64,000 nt of DNA from a virus. Shown here piece after piece: positions 1-10,559 of the stretch (positions within the stretch are counted from its first letter, which is position 1; each line of letters begins with the position of its first letter). Where the stretch lies: the IMG/VR virus record IMGVR_UViG_3300025141_014981, positions 1-64,000 of that record; one strand, given 5' to 3'. The notes below the pieces were generated by a model, which worked only from the letters and a program-made list of their open reading frames with translations, made no database searches and was not told where the DNA came from. The position numbers and the translations under genes are program-made.

Positions 1-190
1 ACATCATAACAAACTTCTTCTCCGTCAACCATACAGGTCTATACTGGTCCCAACACCATGGGGCAAATAACATAATAGTATCAGCATCATTTGGTGTATT
101 AGCAAGTTCATGTTTTGTATTTTGATTAAATTCACTAGTGATTCGATCAACTATCCAATTTTCACCTGGTGGATATGCGAATACTTTCAT
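1..190 (-). CDS. Partial CDS running off the left edge, probable glycosyltransferase N-terminus
   Basis: Hand translation from ATG at 190 gives MKVFAYPPGENWIVDRITSEF..., open to the edge; ATGA overlap with the upstream gene; lies in the sugar cluster. Confidence 0.55.
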   Translation of the reverse strand, partial: MKVFAYPPGENWIVDRITSEFNQNTKHELANTPNDADTIMLFAPWCWDQYRPVWLTEKKFVMM

Positions 191-384
191 AGCAAATGCG
201 TGCATGCAGGTGAATCATGCTTACACGGTTTGTAATCTGCATTATCATCGCAACAAATAAATACTTGCTCACACACATCAGTATTGCCTTTTTGTGTGAG
301 CAACTTATCAAGCTTTGAATTAACACTTAGTGTAGCCTCTAAGAGCTCTTCAAGTAATTTATTTCTTTTTTCATCAAGGTACAT
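187..384 (-). CDS. Hypothetical protein
   Basis: 65-aa ORF overlapping both neighbours on the coding strand. Confidence 0.5.
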   Translation of the reverse strand: MYLDEKRNKLLEELLEATLSVNSKLDKLLTQKGNTDVCEQVFICCDDNADYKPCKHDSPACTHLL

Positions 385-1360
385 ATTTGTTCTCTTTTAA
401 TTTATCTACCCAATAAGCATACGTATCACGTAAGATATCATCATTATCAAATATTGGTTTCCAACCTGTTACTTTTTTAAACTTGTTGCAGTCACCAACT
501 AAGACTGGAACATCAGATGGTCGCATTCTGCTTTGATCGATTTCACATTCAATAGTTTTATCTGTGAATTTAATTAATCGCTGTAGTACTTCACTAATCT
601 TTAATCCACTACCATAACATATGTTGTATACATCACCATACTCACATTTCTCCAATGCTAACCAATAAGCTCTCACTATATCTTTGACATGTGTGAAGTC
701 TCTTATTGCATCTAAGTTGCCATGCTTTACTATTGGGTCTCGCAATCCAAGTTCAATTTCTGCTATTTGCTTTGCAAAGCTTGAGTCAACAAAATGTGCT
801 GGTCGTCTAGAACCACTATGGTTAAACGCTCTTGTGCGAACAACCTTTAAACCATATGAATGAAAGTTTTGTAATGCCATCATGTCTTGTGCCACTTTCG
901 AAACCGCATATGGGCTTAGTGGCCTCAATGAATTATCTTCAGTTATAGGTGTCTCATCTTCATGAACAAGTCCATATTCTTCAGAGCTGCCGACTACCAA
1001 TACAACAGTTTCAGGTGAGTGTGTTCTTATTGCTTCAAATAGGTTGCTTTGTGATATGATATTTGTAGTGTATGTATCATTCGGTGATAACCAGCTAGTC
1101 GCAACGTGTGATTGTGCGGCAAGGTGGAATACTTTATCAGGTTGTAACGTCTTAATTAGTTCATTGACATTATGGGAATCAACTAGATTGCATTCATGCA
1201 GCTCTACACTTCTATTAAATTCAATATTTTCAAGATTTGACCTATGCCAGTGTCGTATTGTACCATGCACTTCAATATCACAACTATTATCTGTGATAAA
1301 ATCAGCTAGGTGACTCCCAACAAAGCCATTAATTCCAGTTATTAAAACTTTTTCAGTCAT
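374..1360 (-). CDS. GDP-mannose 4,6-dehydratase / GDP-4-keto-6-deoxymannose reductase family SDR
   Basis: TGINGFVG Rossmann motif, HLAAQSHV, GSSEEYG, YAVSK, RAFNHSG, GNLDAIRDF. Confidence 0.85.
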   Translation of the reverse strand: MTEKVLITGINGFVGSHLADFITDNSCDIEVHGTIRHWHRSNLENIEFNRSVELHECNLVDSHNVNELIKTLQPDKVFHLAAQSHVATSWLSPNDTYTTNIISQSNLFEAIRTHSPETVVLVVGSSEEYGLVHEDETPITEDNSLRPLSPYAVSKVAQDMMALQNFHSYGLKVVRTRAFNHSGSRRPAHFVDSSFAKQIAEIELGLRDPIVKHGNLDAIRDFTHVKDIVRAYWLALEKCEYGDVYNICYGSGLKISEVLQRLIKFTDKTIECEIDQSRMRPSDVPVLVGDCNKFKKVTGWKPIFDNDDILRDTYAYWVDKLKENKYVP

Positions 1361-2363
1361 CTAACCACTCATCTAGATACTCATCATCTGCCTTTACTAC
1401 ACCAGTATCATCTTCACCATAAAGTACAACATAATCATTCTTTGTTGCAGTTTCTGGCTTAATAGGATTTTTCATCCAGTTTCCATTTTTATCAATTGGT
1501 TGTTGCCAGCCAATTGGCCGAGCGAGCTGTTCTAATCCTACAGGTATTCGAATGTCTGGTGACAGTTCACAATCATCAAAATTAAATATTTCATAATATC
1601 TAAAGTCAGTTTTTGGTGCCCAGTATTCACCATAACGTTTATTACCACGAATTCTTGCCATTGTACCACGCTTATCGGTATAAATTGCTACAGCTGGTGG
1701 TAACAGAGGTGCCGCACAGAAAAGCTTTAAATTATTATCTTTGATTAAAGCGCCTGTTCTCATTAACATGTCAGTCTCTGAATCATTTCCGCCTTCATGA
1801 CTTAAGTTATCTTTGTTTTTCCATGGGCCAATCATATCTAATACCTGCTTTGAATACATCACATCAGCTGCACCGTTGATTGGCGGGCGATTTAGATCGT
1901 ATACGAACTTGTATGCATCATCACTATTTTCGGGATGTGAATAACGATGTGAACTATTTGTTATACTACGCTGTGCATCAAGTAAAATACAACCCACTTC
2001 ATCAATATGATTCCAATAAAAGTCAACATACTTCTTTAGCCAGTTACCTTGTAATATAAATTGCATATCACCTTGAAGCGGAACTATGAAGTCACCTGTT
2101 GCATTATTACGAATGATATTGAGAGCATTTGCAAATTCATTGCTTGGGTCACGCTCTTGTTGTTTGAATACCATAATACCCCTTGCTTTAAGTTCAACAA
2201 GGTATTCGTCTGTTCCATCTTCTATTGATGCATTGTCAACAACAATTACTTCTTTATTACCATAGTCATCTGTACAATGCAATAATGACTCTAGACAACT
2301 TTTCAAGTAATGTAATCGATTACAATTTACAATGCCGAATGTGACTTTATGTGTTTTGTTCAT
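1353..2363 (-). CDS. Glycosyltransferase family 2
   Basis: N-terminal NCNRLHYLKSCLESL...VIVVDNASIEDGT GT-A signature. Confidence 0.75.
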   Translation of the reverse strand: MNKTHKVTFGIVNCNRLHYLKSCLESLLHCTDDYGNKEVIVVDNASIEDGTDEYLVELKARGIMVFKQQERDPSNEFANALNIIRNNATGDFIVPLQGDMQFILQGNWLKKYVDFYWNHIDEVGCILLDAQRSITNSSHRYSHPENSDDAYKFVYDLNRPPINGAADVMYSKQVLDMIGPWKNKDNLSHEGGNDSETDMLMRTGALIKDNNLKLFCAAPLLPPAVAIYTDKRGTMARIRGNKRYGEYWAPKTDFRYYEIFNFDDCELSPDIRIPVGLEQLARPIGWQQPIDKNGNWMKNPIKPETATKNDYVVLYGEDDTGVVKADDEYLDEWLDD

Positions 2364-3402
2364 TTTTCTCCAATATACTTGCTACAGTTTCATCTATTAT
2401 CTGATGGGTTGATTTTTTAATTACCCAATTAGGATAATGCATTTTAAATTTATTTAAACATGAATAATAACATATATGATCACCTTTTCTTGGGCGCTCA
2501 TCGTATGAGTAATTTAACTTTATATTATGTTTCTTATCAAGATATTCAATAGTCTCTAATATTGATATTGAATTTTCATGGCCTCCACCTATATTATAAA
2601 CTTCACCCTTTCTCGGGTTCAAATAAAATTCATAAAATGCTGAACAAAGATCTGAAAAATCTAGTTGATCACGCACTTGCTTACCACGATATCCAAAGAT
2701 TGTGTATGGTTTATTTGTCGTCGCGCATTTAACAAGATAATTTAGTGCTCCATGCAACTCAGCTCCTGCATGTGCCACGCCTGTGAGACAGCCACCTCTA
2801 AAGCAGACAGTATTCATTCCGAAATATTTTCCGTATTCTTGGACTAGCATGTCGCCGGCAACTTTGCTGGCTCCAAAAATAGAATGGAGAGACTTATCAA
2901 TTGACATGCTTTCAGTTATTCCATTTATGAAATGTTCATCATCAAATTCATATCTCATAGAGAATTCCTTTAATGGAAGCTTGTTTGGTGTATCACCATA
3001 TACTTTATTTGTACTTGTATAAATGAATGGTACTTCTGGACAGCACTTTAGAACTGACTCTAAAAGAATTAATGTTGCCCGGGCATTAATATCAAAATCT
3101 AAGATTGGATTTTTTGCTGCCCAGTCATGTGATGGTTGTGCAGCAAAATGAAATATTGCATTAAAGTCATGCGTTTCAAATATTTCATATATTTTATCTT
3201 CATTTCTAATATCAACTTCATAAAATAAAGTAAACTCTTTGAGAAAATCAAATTTACTAGACACATCACCATCATCACCAAAAAACATTCCGCGAAAGTT
3301 GTTATCGATAGAAACGACATTCCACCCACGCTCAAGAAGAAACTTCACCATTGTAAAGCCAACTCCGCCGGCCGCTCCAGTGATGCATGCTATTTTAGAC
3401 AT
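2347..3402 (-). CDS. NAD-dependent epimerase/dehydratase, CDP-paratose 2-epimerase-like
   Basis: TGAAGGVG, HFAAQPSHD, STNKVYG, FRGGCLTG, GKQVRD, RKGDH motifs. Confidence 0.8.
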   Translation of the reverse strand: MSKIACITGAAGGVGFTMVKFLLERGWNVVSIDNNFRGMFFGDDGDVSSKFDFLKEFTLFYEVDIRNEDKIYEIFETHDFNAIFHFAAQPSHDWAAKNPILDFDINARATLILLESVLKCCPEVPFIYTSTNKVYGDTPNKLPLKEFSMRYEFDDEHFINGITESMSIDKSLHSIFGASKVAGDMLVQEYGKYFGMNTVCFRGGCLTGVAHAGAELHGALNYLVKCATTNKPYTIFGYRGKQVRDQLDFSDLCSAFYEFYLNPRKGEVYNIGGGHENSISILETIEYLDKKHNIKLNYSYDERPRKGDHICYYSCLNKFKMHYPNWVIKKSTHQIIDETVASILEKNEQNT

Positions 3403-4291
3403 TTATTTTACCTGTTTTTTTATACTCTTTTAAAAGTGATTGAATTTGTCGCCCAAAGTATACTTTTGATAATGTATTTAGTTCATCATATCTAGTAACA
3501 CACATTTTTATGTTTTCATCATTACAAAACTTTTTCATTGCTTCATACTTGAGTTTTTGAACTTCTTTATTGTATACATAACCCTTCACTTCTTCAAGTG
3601 CTTTATATGTTTTATATTCAATTAAGAAATCTGGAATAAAGTAGTGTGTCTTACCCAAATATAAATATGGAATATAAATATCATGATCTTTACTCCATGC
3701 TATAACACTATCATCTTTATCTAAAATATGCATTCTAAGCTTTTCCCAAAATGATTGATAATATGTTTCTTCTTTTGTTTTAGTAGAATAATATAATCCT
3801 GTGAATGTGTTATTTGTAATAGTTTCTCCGCTTTAAATTTTTGCTTGCATATTCTCTTTTGCTATTTTATGTGCATTTTTACCACCCTCAATACAACGTT
3901 GTAAAGTTTTACCGGTGTGTGCTTTACCATAAAATCCGTTTTTATTTCCTGTTGATGCAATACTAAGTTTTTTCTTTATTTCTTTTGCACGTATGTCACC
4001 ATACAATTGTTCAAGTGTTTTTCCTTTAAAATAATTTGATATTTTTGTCTTTGCTTCTTTTGTGTGCGTTTTACCATAGAATGCATTTTGTATTCCTACA
4101 CGTCCTTTTTTCTTATTCACTTTATCATTATGTTTTCTATTTTTGTTTATGCACTTTCTTGAGCAATACTTTCTAGAACCGCCATGAGCTTCTCGTTTAT
4201 TATACCATTTAGTAGCTTTACATGTATCACATTCAATAAAGAAGCTCTTTTTTTTACGCTTACCACTTATTATTTTTGTATCTATTATCAT
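3395..4291 (-). pseudogene. Free-standing NUMOD3 + TnsA-like (PD-(D/E)xK) homing endonuclease split by one in-frame TAA
   Basis: ORFs 3833-4291 (CxxC, NAFYGKTHT, NGFYGKAHT) and 3395-3733 (YFIPDFLI...EEVKG) share a frame; the only break is TAA at 3833-3835, followed by open frame SGETITNNTFTGLYYSTK...YYQSFWEK. Confidence 0.75.
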
Positions 4292-4408
4292 ATATTATAT
4301 ATGTGACTGCACCTGTTACTAACGCCAATTTATTCATGCTAATTATTATTATATATGGAACATTGTATTTTTATATTGAGTGTCTCAGAATAAAACAGAG
4401 TATTGTTA

Positions 4409-5413
4409 CTACCCATTTTTATAGGCATTCAATACTTCTTCAAAGAAGTCAACATACTCCCTTGCACAATTTGCTATAGCAAGATGCTTTACTTTGCCCT
4501 TGCTTAAGTCATACCCATTACGTACTTTCCAAAAGTACTTCTCGCCAAATTCCATCCTTGGTGGGCTTGTGTAATCAGTGAGTTCAAAGTCGAATGGTTC
4601 TTCTTTGATTATTAATGATAGGCCATCTGCAACTTCTTTTGTTCCACCTTCTGATGAACAGATAACAGGGACTTGACAAGCTAGTGCGTCAACAACAACA
4701 TTTGGGCAATGGTCAAGATATGCAAGATGTATAAACCAATCTGCATACATTAACGGAACATATGTTTGTGATGGGGGCACATTGCCCAAGTGAATTTGTG
4801 TAAATCTATCATGATACACTGTCTCTGTGAGAGGTTCAAATTCATCTGAGTTACCCATTGTTATTAAACAACAACGCTCAAACCCATCCCACTTTGTGTA
4901 CTCATCAACGAAACGTATTGCATCATGTAATCGTTTATGAGGTCGACCTGTCCATTGTGATGATGCGACAAATACTCGATGAAAATCATTACGTATATTA
5001 TTCAACCACTCTAAGTCAATATTTGTAGTGTCGAACTTTCTTACAAATGTTCCATTCCTAATAACTCGTGTTGGTATATCATCTCTAGCACCGAAATGTT
5101 TTTCTACAAGCTTTTTATCAAAATCACTTTGAAAGATCACACCGTTGGCTTCGTTATATGCGGTGAATATCCCAATATTATTCTCCATAAAGTTGTCGGG
5201 TTTAAACCATATGCCATCAAGCCTTAAAATTGTAGGGATGTCTTCCGGGAATTCATATGACTCAATAAACACCAAATTAAGATCTGTGTCATCATCGGTG
5301 ACCCCTTGGGTCACCTTATGACCAGTAGCTTCCAATTGTGTTGCTAGCTTGAATCCGAATTGATTCGGCCCGCTAAATGACTTAAAATCAACGTTTGTAA
5401 AACCAACTTTCAT
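4409..5413 (-). CDS. Glycosyltransferase family 4 (GT-B)
   Basis: SGPNQF, RLDG, DHCPNVVVDALACQVPVICS..GGTKE. Confidence 0.85.
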   Translation of the reverse strand: MKVGFTNVDFKSFSGPNQFGFKLATQLEATGHKVTQGVTDDDTDLNLVFIESYEFPEDIPTILRLDGIWFKPDNFMENNIGIFTAYNEANGVIFQSDFDKKLVEKHFGARDDIPTRVIRNGTFVRKFDTTNIDLEWLNNIRNDFHRVFVASSQWTGRPHKRLHDAIRFVDEYTKWDGFERCCLITMGNSDEFEPLTETVYHDRFTQIHLGNVPPSQTYVPLMYADWFIHLAYLDHCPNVVVDALACQVPVICSSEGGTKEVADGLSLIIKEEPFDFELTDYTSPPRMEFGEKYFWKVRNGYDLSKGKVKHLAIANCAREYVDFFEEVLNAYKNG

Positions 5414-6162
5414 TCTTGTAAAAATTCCTTAATAGCAAAGTCAAACCACTCATTATATGTTGTTCGATTGGGTTTGCTATATCTGCCAAACAGTCGTGTA
5501 ATACCCCTACCTAAATGCATAAAGATCGGATTGTCATCATCATCTGTTCCAATATCAACTGTCAAATTCTGATATTTTTCATCCAACTTTTCTCTTAATC
5601 CTGCTTCATTAAACGTGCATGATGCCATAAAGTATTGTAGTTCATTGTCTCTGCAATACTTTGTCAATGAATCACAAACGTCCATGGTGCAGTTTCCGGC
5701 TTCATATACGGGGAACATTGAAACTGCTCTTGCAACTTCAGTATCAACTAGTAGTCCTGAAGAGTGAAGCGCATTTATTCTTGTTGCATCTTGTCGAAAA
5801 CCAATGAGTCTGTTTCCCTCATCCATCTTCTTCATCATATACTTCATCCACCCGGGATGACAAGCAACAACGTCGTTATGACACATGAATACACGCTTTG
5901 AAGAGACATGCTTTAATCCCTCCTCTATTGCGAAAGCATTCGCTTCAGAATTTATTAACTCTGTTGGATTTTGAATCCAGTAAACATTCTTTTTTCCTGT
6001 TAATCCAAGAATGTAATCTTTGTAGCTTGTATTATCTGAGTTTTCAACTATTAGATAACGAAAGTTATAACCATCACTAAATTTTTCAAATGTTGAAATA
6101 GCTAATGCTGTTAGATCTCTTGAATGAAAAGATGGTATTATAATATCAACGACTTCTAGCAT
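5410..6162 (-). CDS. Glycosyltransferase family 2
   Basis: VDIIIPSF, IVENS, FMCHNDV (DxD-like). Confidence 0.7.
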   Translation of the reverse strand: MLEVVDIIIPSFHSRDLTALAISTFEKFSDGYNFRYLIVENSDNTSYKDYILGLTGKKNVYWIQNPTELINSEANAFAIEEGLKHVSSKRVFMCHNDVVACHPGWMKYMMKKMDEGNRLIGFRQDATRINALHSSGLLVDTEVARAVSMFPVYEAGNCTMDVCDSLTKYCRDNELQYFMASCTFNEAGLREKLDEKYQNLTVDIGTDDDDNPIFMHLGRGITRLFGRYSKPNRTTYNEWFDFAIKEFLQE

Positions 6163-6163
6163 A

Positions 6164-7123
6164 TTAATTCCTGCTTCTTGTATTATACCACGTTAATGTG
6201 CTCTTTAAATTAGATTCGAAATCTGTTTCAATATTTATACCTGCATCTAACAATTTCTTATTAGAGATTGCATATCTAAAATCATGTCCTAATCTGTCAT
6301 CGACAAACTCTGTATGTGAGTCAAAGTCTAGATTATAATCATCCAGTATCTTTCTTACCAATTCTATGTTAGTTAGATGATTATTTGTCGTGATATTGAA
6401 TGTCTCATTCAGTATTCCACTAGTTAATATCTTTTCAATTATCTTAACACAATCTTTTACATACAACCAGTCTCTAACATTTTCACCATTACCATATATG
6501 GGAATCATCTTACCACTAGTGATACTTCTAACAATTGTTGGTAAAAACTTCTCAGCATGTTGCCTAGGTCCAAAATTATTACTTGGTCGAACAATTATAT
6601 ACTCAATGCCATGCGTATTCGCGTATGAGCGTATCAAATGTTCAGCAGCTGCTTTAGTAGCAGAATATGGATTCATTGGGTTTAATGTATCTGTTTCAGT
6701 GAAGAAACCCTCATTTCGTGAACCGTATACTTCATCAGTTGATATATGTAATAATTTCTTTTTATACTTTTTACAAACTTCTAATAAATTCTTGACCCCT
6801 GATATGTTTGACTTGATGAAGCTGTTTGCATTTTTTATTGAGTTATCAACGTGTGTCTCTGCTGCAAAATTTACTATCCATTCTGCTTTACTCTCTTTGC
6901 ATAAACTAGACATATCAACAAATTTGCATATATCAAAATACCGGAGAAAGAATCTTGGATTGCTGGTAGCGTCATACAAGTTATCTTTACTTGCTGCGTA
7001 TGTAAAGCAATCTGCAACATAGACTTTATATTTCATACTTAGAAAGTGATCAACAGCATGGCTACCAAGGAATCCAGCGCCACCAGTTATTATTACAGGT
7101 TTATTTTTCATATTTGAAGTCAC
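6164..7123 (-). CDS. rmlB: dTDP-glucose 4,6-dehydratase
   Basis: TGGAGFLG, FAAETHVDNS, ISTDEVYG, NPYSATKA, DRLGHDFRY. Confidence 0.9.
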   Translation of the reverse strand: MTSNMKNKPVIITGGAGFLGSHAVDHFLSMKYKVYVADCFTYAASKDNLYDATSNPRFFLRYFDICKFVDMSSLCKESKAEWIVNFAAETHVDNSIKNANSFIKSNISGVKNLLEVCKKYKKKLLHISTDEVYGSRNEGFFTETDTLNPMNPYSATKAAAEHLIRSYANTHGIEYIIVRPSNNFGPRQHAEKFLPTIVRSITSGKMIPIYGNGENVRDWLYVKDCVKIIEKILTSGILNETFNITTNNHLTNIELVRKILDDYNLDFDSHTEFVDDRLGHDFRYAISNKKLLDAGINIETDFESNLKSTLTWYNTRSRN

Positions 7124-8411
7124 CGAGTACTTTATCTATATACTCAAAAACTTCTTTTGTATATTGTGGTGCACACCCTATGAAGAAAACATTTTCAAGA
7201 ACTGTATTCGCATTTGGATACTCAGTATAATCACCAAGATGCTTGTATCCAGGGTGTAATAATATGTTGCCAGCAAAGTAATTTCTTGTTTGGATATTAT
7301 TGCTTTCGAGGTGCTCAACTAATTGACGCTTAACATCATAGCTTTTACAAATTACAGGATAGCCAAACCAGCTAGTCTTTGCCTCATTTAACTCATATGG
7401 GTACTCGAGCAATCCAGCTAGATTCGAATTTTTAGTAAACAAATAATGAATCATATGATTATGCTCACGACGCTTTTGATGAATTTCATCAAATTTATCT
7501 AATTGAACTAATCCAATTGCACCTTGCATATCAAGAGGCTTTAAGTTATAACCCATGTTTGTAAAGACATATTTATGATCAATATTAATATCTAGATTAT
7601 CTAACCATTTATCAAATCGATTTCCACACGTTCCACATGGTAGTAAATTTGCAGACCCAACACAATAACAATCTCTACCCCACCATGCAAAAGAGCGTGC
7701 CTCACTAATGATTTTTGGATTTTTTGATGAAACCATACCACCTTCACATGTAGAAATATGATGTGATGGATAAAACGAGCATGATGATGCAACACCATAA
7801 TCTGTTAGGAATTTACCTCTCCATGTACTACCTAAGCTATCACAATTGTCTATGATAATTTTTAAACCATGTTTATTCGCTATCTCAGTAAGATAATCCA
7901 TATCAGGTGGATTACCCAATACTGGTGATACAAAAATTGCTCTTGTCTTTGGTGTTATTTTTTCTTCAATCAATTGAAGATGAAAATTCAAAGTATTCAT
8001 TTCAATATCAATGAATACAGGTTTTAAATTGTTTTGAATAATTGGTGCCAGTGTTGTTGGAAATCCGACAACTGACACAATAATCTCGTCATTATCATTC
8101 CATTTGAATACTTTTTTAAGTGCTGCTAGCATTACTAAATTTGCAGAACTTCCAGAGTTTGTCATTAATGATGCATTATGATTGAATTTCTTAGAAAAGG
8201 CAATTTCAAATTTATGTACATTTGCACCTGAAGATAACCAGGTACCTGTAAGTATTGACTGCATTGCAGCTTCAATTTCTTTTTGATCCCAATAAGGCCC
8301 AGAGTAATATACCTTTGGATTTGCTGGGTTAAATTTTGTTGCATGCATATACTTTGGTGGGAAGCTAGCTTTAACTAACTTATTTATCATTTCATTTATA
8401 TGTGTTGACAT
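7101..8411 (-). CDS. rfbH: CDP-4-keto-6-deoxy-D-glucose 3-dehydrase (RfbH/DdhC-like, PMP-dependent)
   Basis: NSGSSANL, SFYPSHHISTCEGG (His at the usual Lys position), Cys cluster WGRDCYC..CGTC, DHKY, GYNLK, TRNYFAGNI. Confidence 0.88.
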   Translation of the reverse strand: MSTHINEMINKLVKASFPPKYMHATKFNPANPKVYYSGPYWDQKEIEAAMQSILTGTWLSSGANVHKFEIAFSKKFNHNASLMTNSGSSANLVMLAALKKVFKWNDNDEIIVSVVGFPTTLAPIIQNNLKPVFIDIEMNTLNFHLQLIEEKITPKTRAIFVSPVLGNPPDMDYLTEIANKHGLKIIIDNCDSLGSTWRGKFLTDYGVASSCSFYPSHHISTCEGGMVSSKNPKIISEARSFAWWGRDCYCVGSANLLPCGTCGNRFDKWLDNLDINIDHKYVFTNMGYNLKPLDMQGAIGLVQLDKFDEIHQKRREHNHMIHYLFTKNSNLAGLLEYPYELNEAKTSWFGYPVICKSYDVKRQLVEHLESNNIQTRNYFAGNILLHPGYKHLGDYTEYPNANTVLENVFFIGCAPQYTKEVFEYIDKVLGDFKYEK

Positions 8412-9244
8412 AGTTCACTTATTCCATATTTTATTGCAATTTTTTGCTTGAAGCCCAAACTTCTTAAGAAAGAAGTATCAAGAAACATATCTTTTGTTTG
8501 TACAATCTTATGAAATTCAGGAGGATCAATTGGGTTGATGCTACTTGTTGATTTGAGATTTCCGTGTGCTAAAGTAATTATTTCTCTAAAATTCTGTGGA
8601 ATCCCGCTACCAATATTTATTATGCAATTATGTGGTGCTTTGTCAATGACAAGCTTTATTGCCTTGCATACATCAAATATATGCATGTAATCTCTTATAA
8701 ATTGCCCGTCATGATATAAGTAGATATCATTATTTAATTTCATTTCTTCTATTAAATATTGAAGTGCATTCTTCTTTTCAGAAAACTTATCTCCCGTACC
8801 ATAAACATTACATAACCTTAATATTCTATATTTTACATCAAATGTCTTACAAAATGAAATTAGCATATCCTCGGCGCATTTCTTTGTTATTGAGTAAAAA
8901 CCGGTGGGGTTGCAAATAGTACTTTCATTAACTGGTAGTTTATCTTGATTACCATAGACAAACCATGAACTTACCATGTTAAACACTAAGTTATTTTTTT
9001 TACAATGTTTCAAGATACTCATTAATTTTGTCAAATTCGTATCAATGTCTTTCTTTAAATCTGTGAAGACATTATAGTTGTCAGTAGTGCTTATAAGATA
9101 TAGAATCTCATTTGATTCTGGTTTATCTTGCTCCCTAGGTATTTGAATTGTATTTATGAAATACTTACAAAAATATGTACCTATAAAGCCTGTGCTTCCA
9201 TATACAGATATCTTATCATTCATTGAACTCTCTTTCAAATACAA
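8396..9244 (-). CDS. NAD-dependent epimerase/reductase (SDR)
   Basis: GSTGFIG, SSWFVYG, YSITK, RLCNVYG, RDYMH. Confidence 0.85.
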   Translation of the reverse strand: MYLKESSMNDKISVYGSTGFIGTYFCKYFINTIQIPREQDKPESNEILYLISTTDNYNVFTDLKKDIDTNLTKLMSILKHCKKNNLVFNMVSSWFVYGNQDKLPVNESTICNPTGFYSITKKCAEDMLISFCKTFDVKYRILRLCNVYGTGDKFSEKKNALQYLIEEMKLNNDIYLYHDGQFIRDYMHIFDVCKAIKLVIDKAPHNCIINIGSGIPQNFREIITLAHGNLKSTSSINPIDPPEFHKIVQTKDMFLDTSFLRSLGFKQKIAIKYGISELCQHI

Positions 9245-9932
9245 AGTTGTTTGCCTTTATATATGATTTAAAAACGCCGGCGTCAAGCCATAGACCTTTT
9301 AATATATTATATTCTACATCATCATGATATACATAAGCATCATTCACATCTGTTATTTCAAGTTCGCCCCGAGCTGAGGGTTTTAATCTATCGATTACTT
9401 TAAATACTTTATTATCATATAAGTATAATCCAATTACAGCTAAATTAGTTTCAGGATTTTTAGGCTTTTCTACTAGCTTTACAATCACACCATTTTTTAT
9501 TGTTGCAACACCAAAACGCTCTGGATCATCAATCTCTTTTAAGAATAATTTACACCCATAACCAGAAAAGTCTTTTATTAAATTTGATAAATCATCCTCA
9601 ATAATTGTATCACCAAGGATAACTGCACAGGTATCATTATTGACAAAGTCTTCACACAATTTTAACGCTGCTGCTATTCCGTTTGCAGTATCTTGCACCT
9701 TATATGTTATTTCGCAATTATATTCTGATCCACTACCAAGTGTTGCAATCATATGTCCGGCATGATCTATTCCAGTAATTACCATTATTTCAGTAATGCC
9801 GGCACTAAGTAAAGTCTTAAGCGGGTGCACAATCATTGGTTGATTACCAACAGGTAGTAAGCATTTATTTGTTACTTTGGTTAATGGATATAGGCGACTA
9901 CCTGAACCACCTGCTAATATGATTCCCTTCAT
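9216..9932 (-). CDS. rmlA: Glucose-1-phosphate thymidylyltransferase (short form)
   Basis: MKGIILAGGSGSRLYPLT..NK.LLP, ILGD, ERFGV, EKP, SARGELEITD, WLDAG. Confidence 0.9.
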   Translation of the reverse strand: MKGIILAGGSGSRLYPLTKVTNKCLLPVGNQPMIVHPLKTLLSAGITEIMVITGIDHAGHMIATLGSGSEYNCEITYKVQDTANGIAAALKLCEDFVNNDTCAVILGDTIIEDDLSNLIKDFSGYGCKLFLKEIDDPERFGVATIKNGVIVKLVEKPKNPETNLAVIGLYLYDNKVFKVIDRLKPSARGELEITDVNDAYVYHDDVEYNILKGLWLDAGVFKSYIKANNFVFEREFNE

Positions 9933-10141
9933 AGTGAAATTTTTGGCTCAAAAAAGCTTGTTGACAAATTCATATATGCACCACCTTGTTTCATAACTTG
10001 ATACCATGAGATTCTATTATTACTCTCTCCAGTAAAATAACACAAATAAACATACTCACCATGAGCTTTATGATGTTTCTTTTTTAAGTATACTCTTCTA
10101 TATTTCTCATAGTACATAAACAAAGACCTCTTTGTCATCAA
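9929..10141 (-). CDS. Hypothetical protein
   Basis: Short ORF filling the gap, overlapping neighbours. Confidence 0.4.
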   Translation of the reverse strand: MMTKRSLFMYYEKYRRVYLKKKHHKAHGEYVYLCYFTGESNNRISWYQVMKQGGAYMNLSTSFFEPKISL

Positions 10142-10559
10142 ATACTTTTTCTATAATCTCTTTGACAATGCCCCAGTCACCCCTAGCTAATCCACAACCA
10201 ATTCGTGGAAAACCTATTTTACTAGATTCATATAAGTTTTGCTTTATAAGATCATTCTTCAAAGCGATCATTGATTCTTTAAGTTTATCATATTCAACAT
10301 ACACTTTATCATGACCATATTTATATTGTGTGTACAGATTATATATTGTCTTATCACCTTGTGTAGCTTTTGTAAATGTTCCCATTTTATTTCTATCACC
10401 TATTTTTGTTGTGAAGAAATCAACTTTTTGTGCTTCAGGAAATAATGCTTGTATTTGATAAGCAATTCCGCCCCCCATGTTATTGAAACAATTACACCCA
10501 TGCGCTATGATGTCACAATTAGATGATAATAAGTTTCCTGCTAATTCAGTTATTGGCAT
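10107..10559 (-). CDS. Macrodomain (ADP-ribose binding/hydrolase) protein
   Basis: IAHGCNC...MGGGIA, NLYTQ, FPRIGCGLARGDW. Confidence 0.88.
   Translation of the reverse strand: MPITELAGNLLSSNCDIIAHGCNCFNNMGGGIAYQIQALFPEAQKVDFFTTKIGDRNKMGTFTKATQGDKTIYNLYTQYKYGHDKVYVEYDKLKESMIALKNDLIKQNLYESSKIGFPRIGCGLARGDWGIVKEIIEKVFDDKEVFVYVL

Noticed and set aside
3395-4408. Group I intron around the endonuclease
   Set aside because: Both flanking genes look complete, the ORF overlaps the next start codon, and there is no room for an intron core
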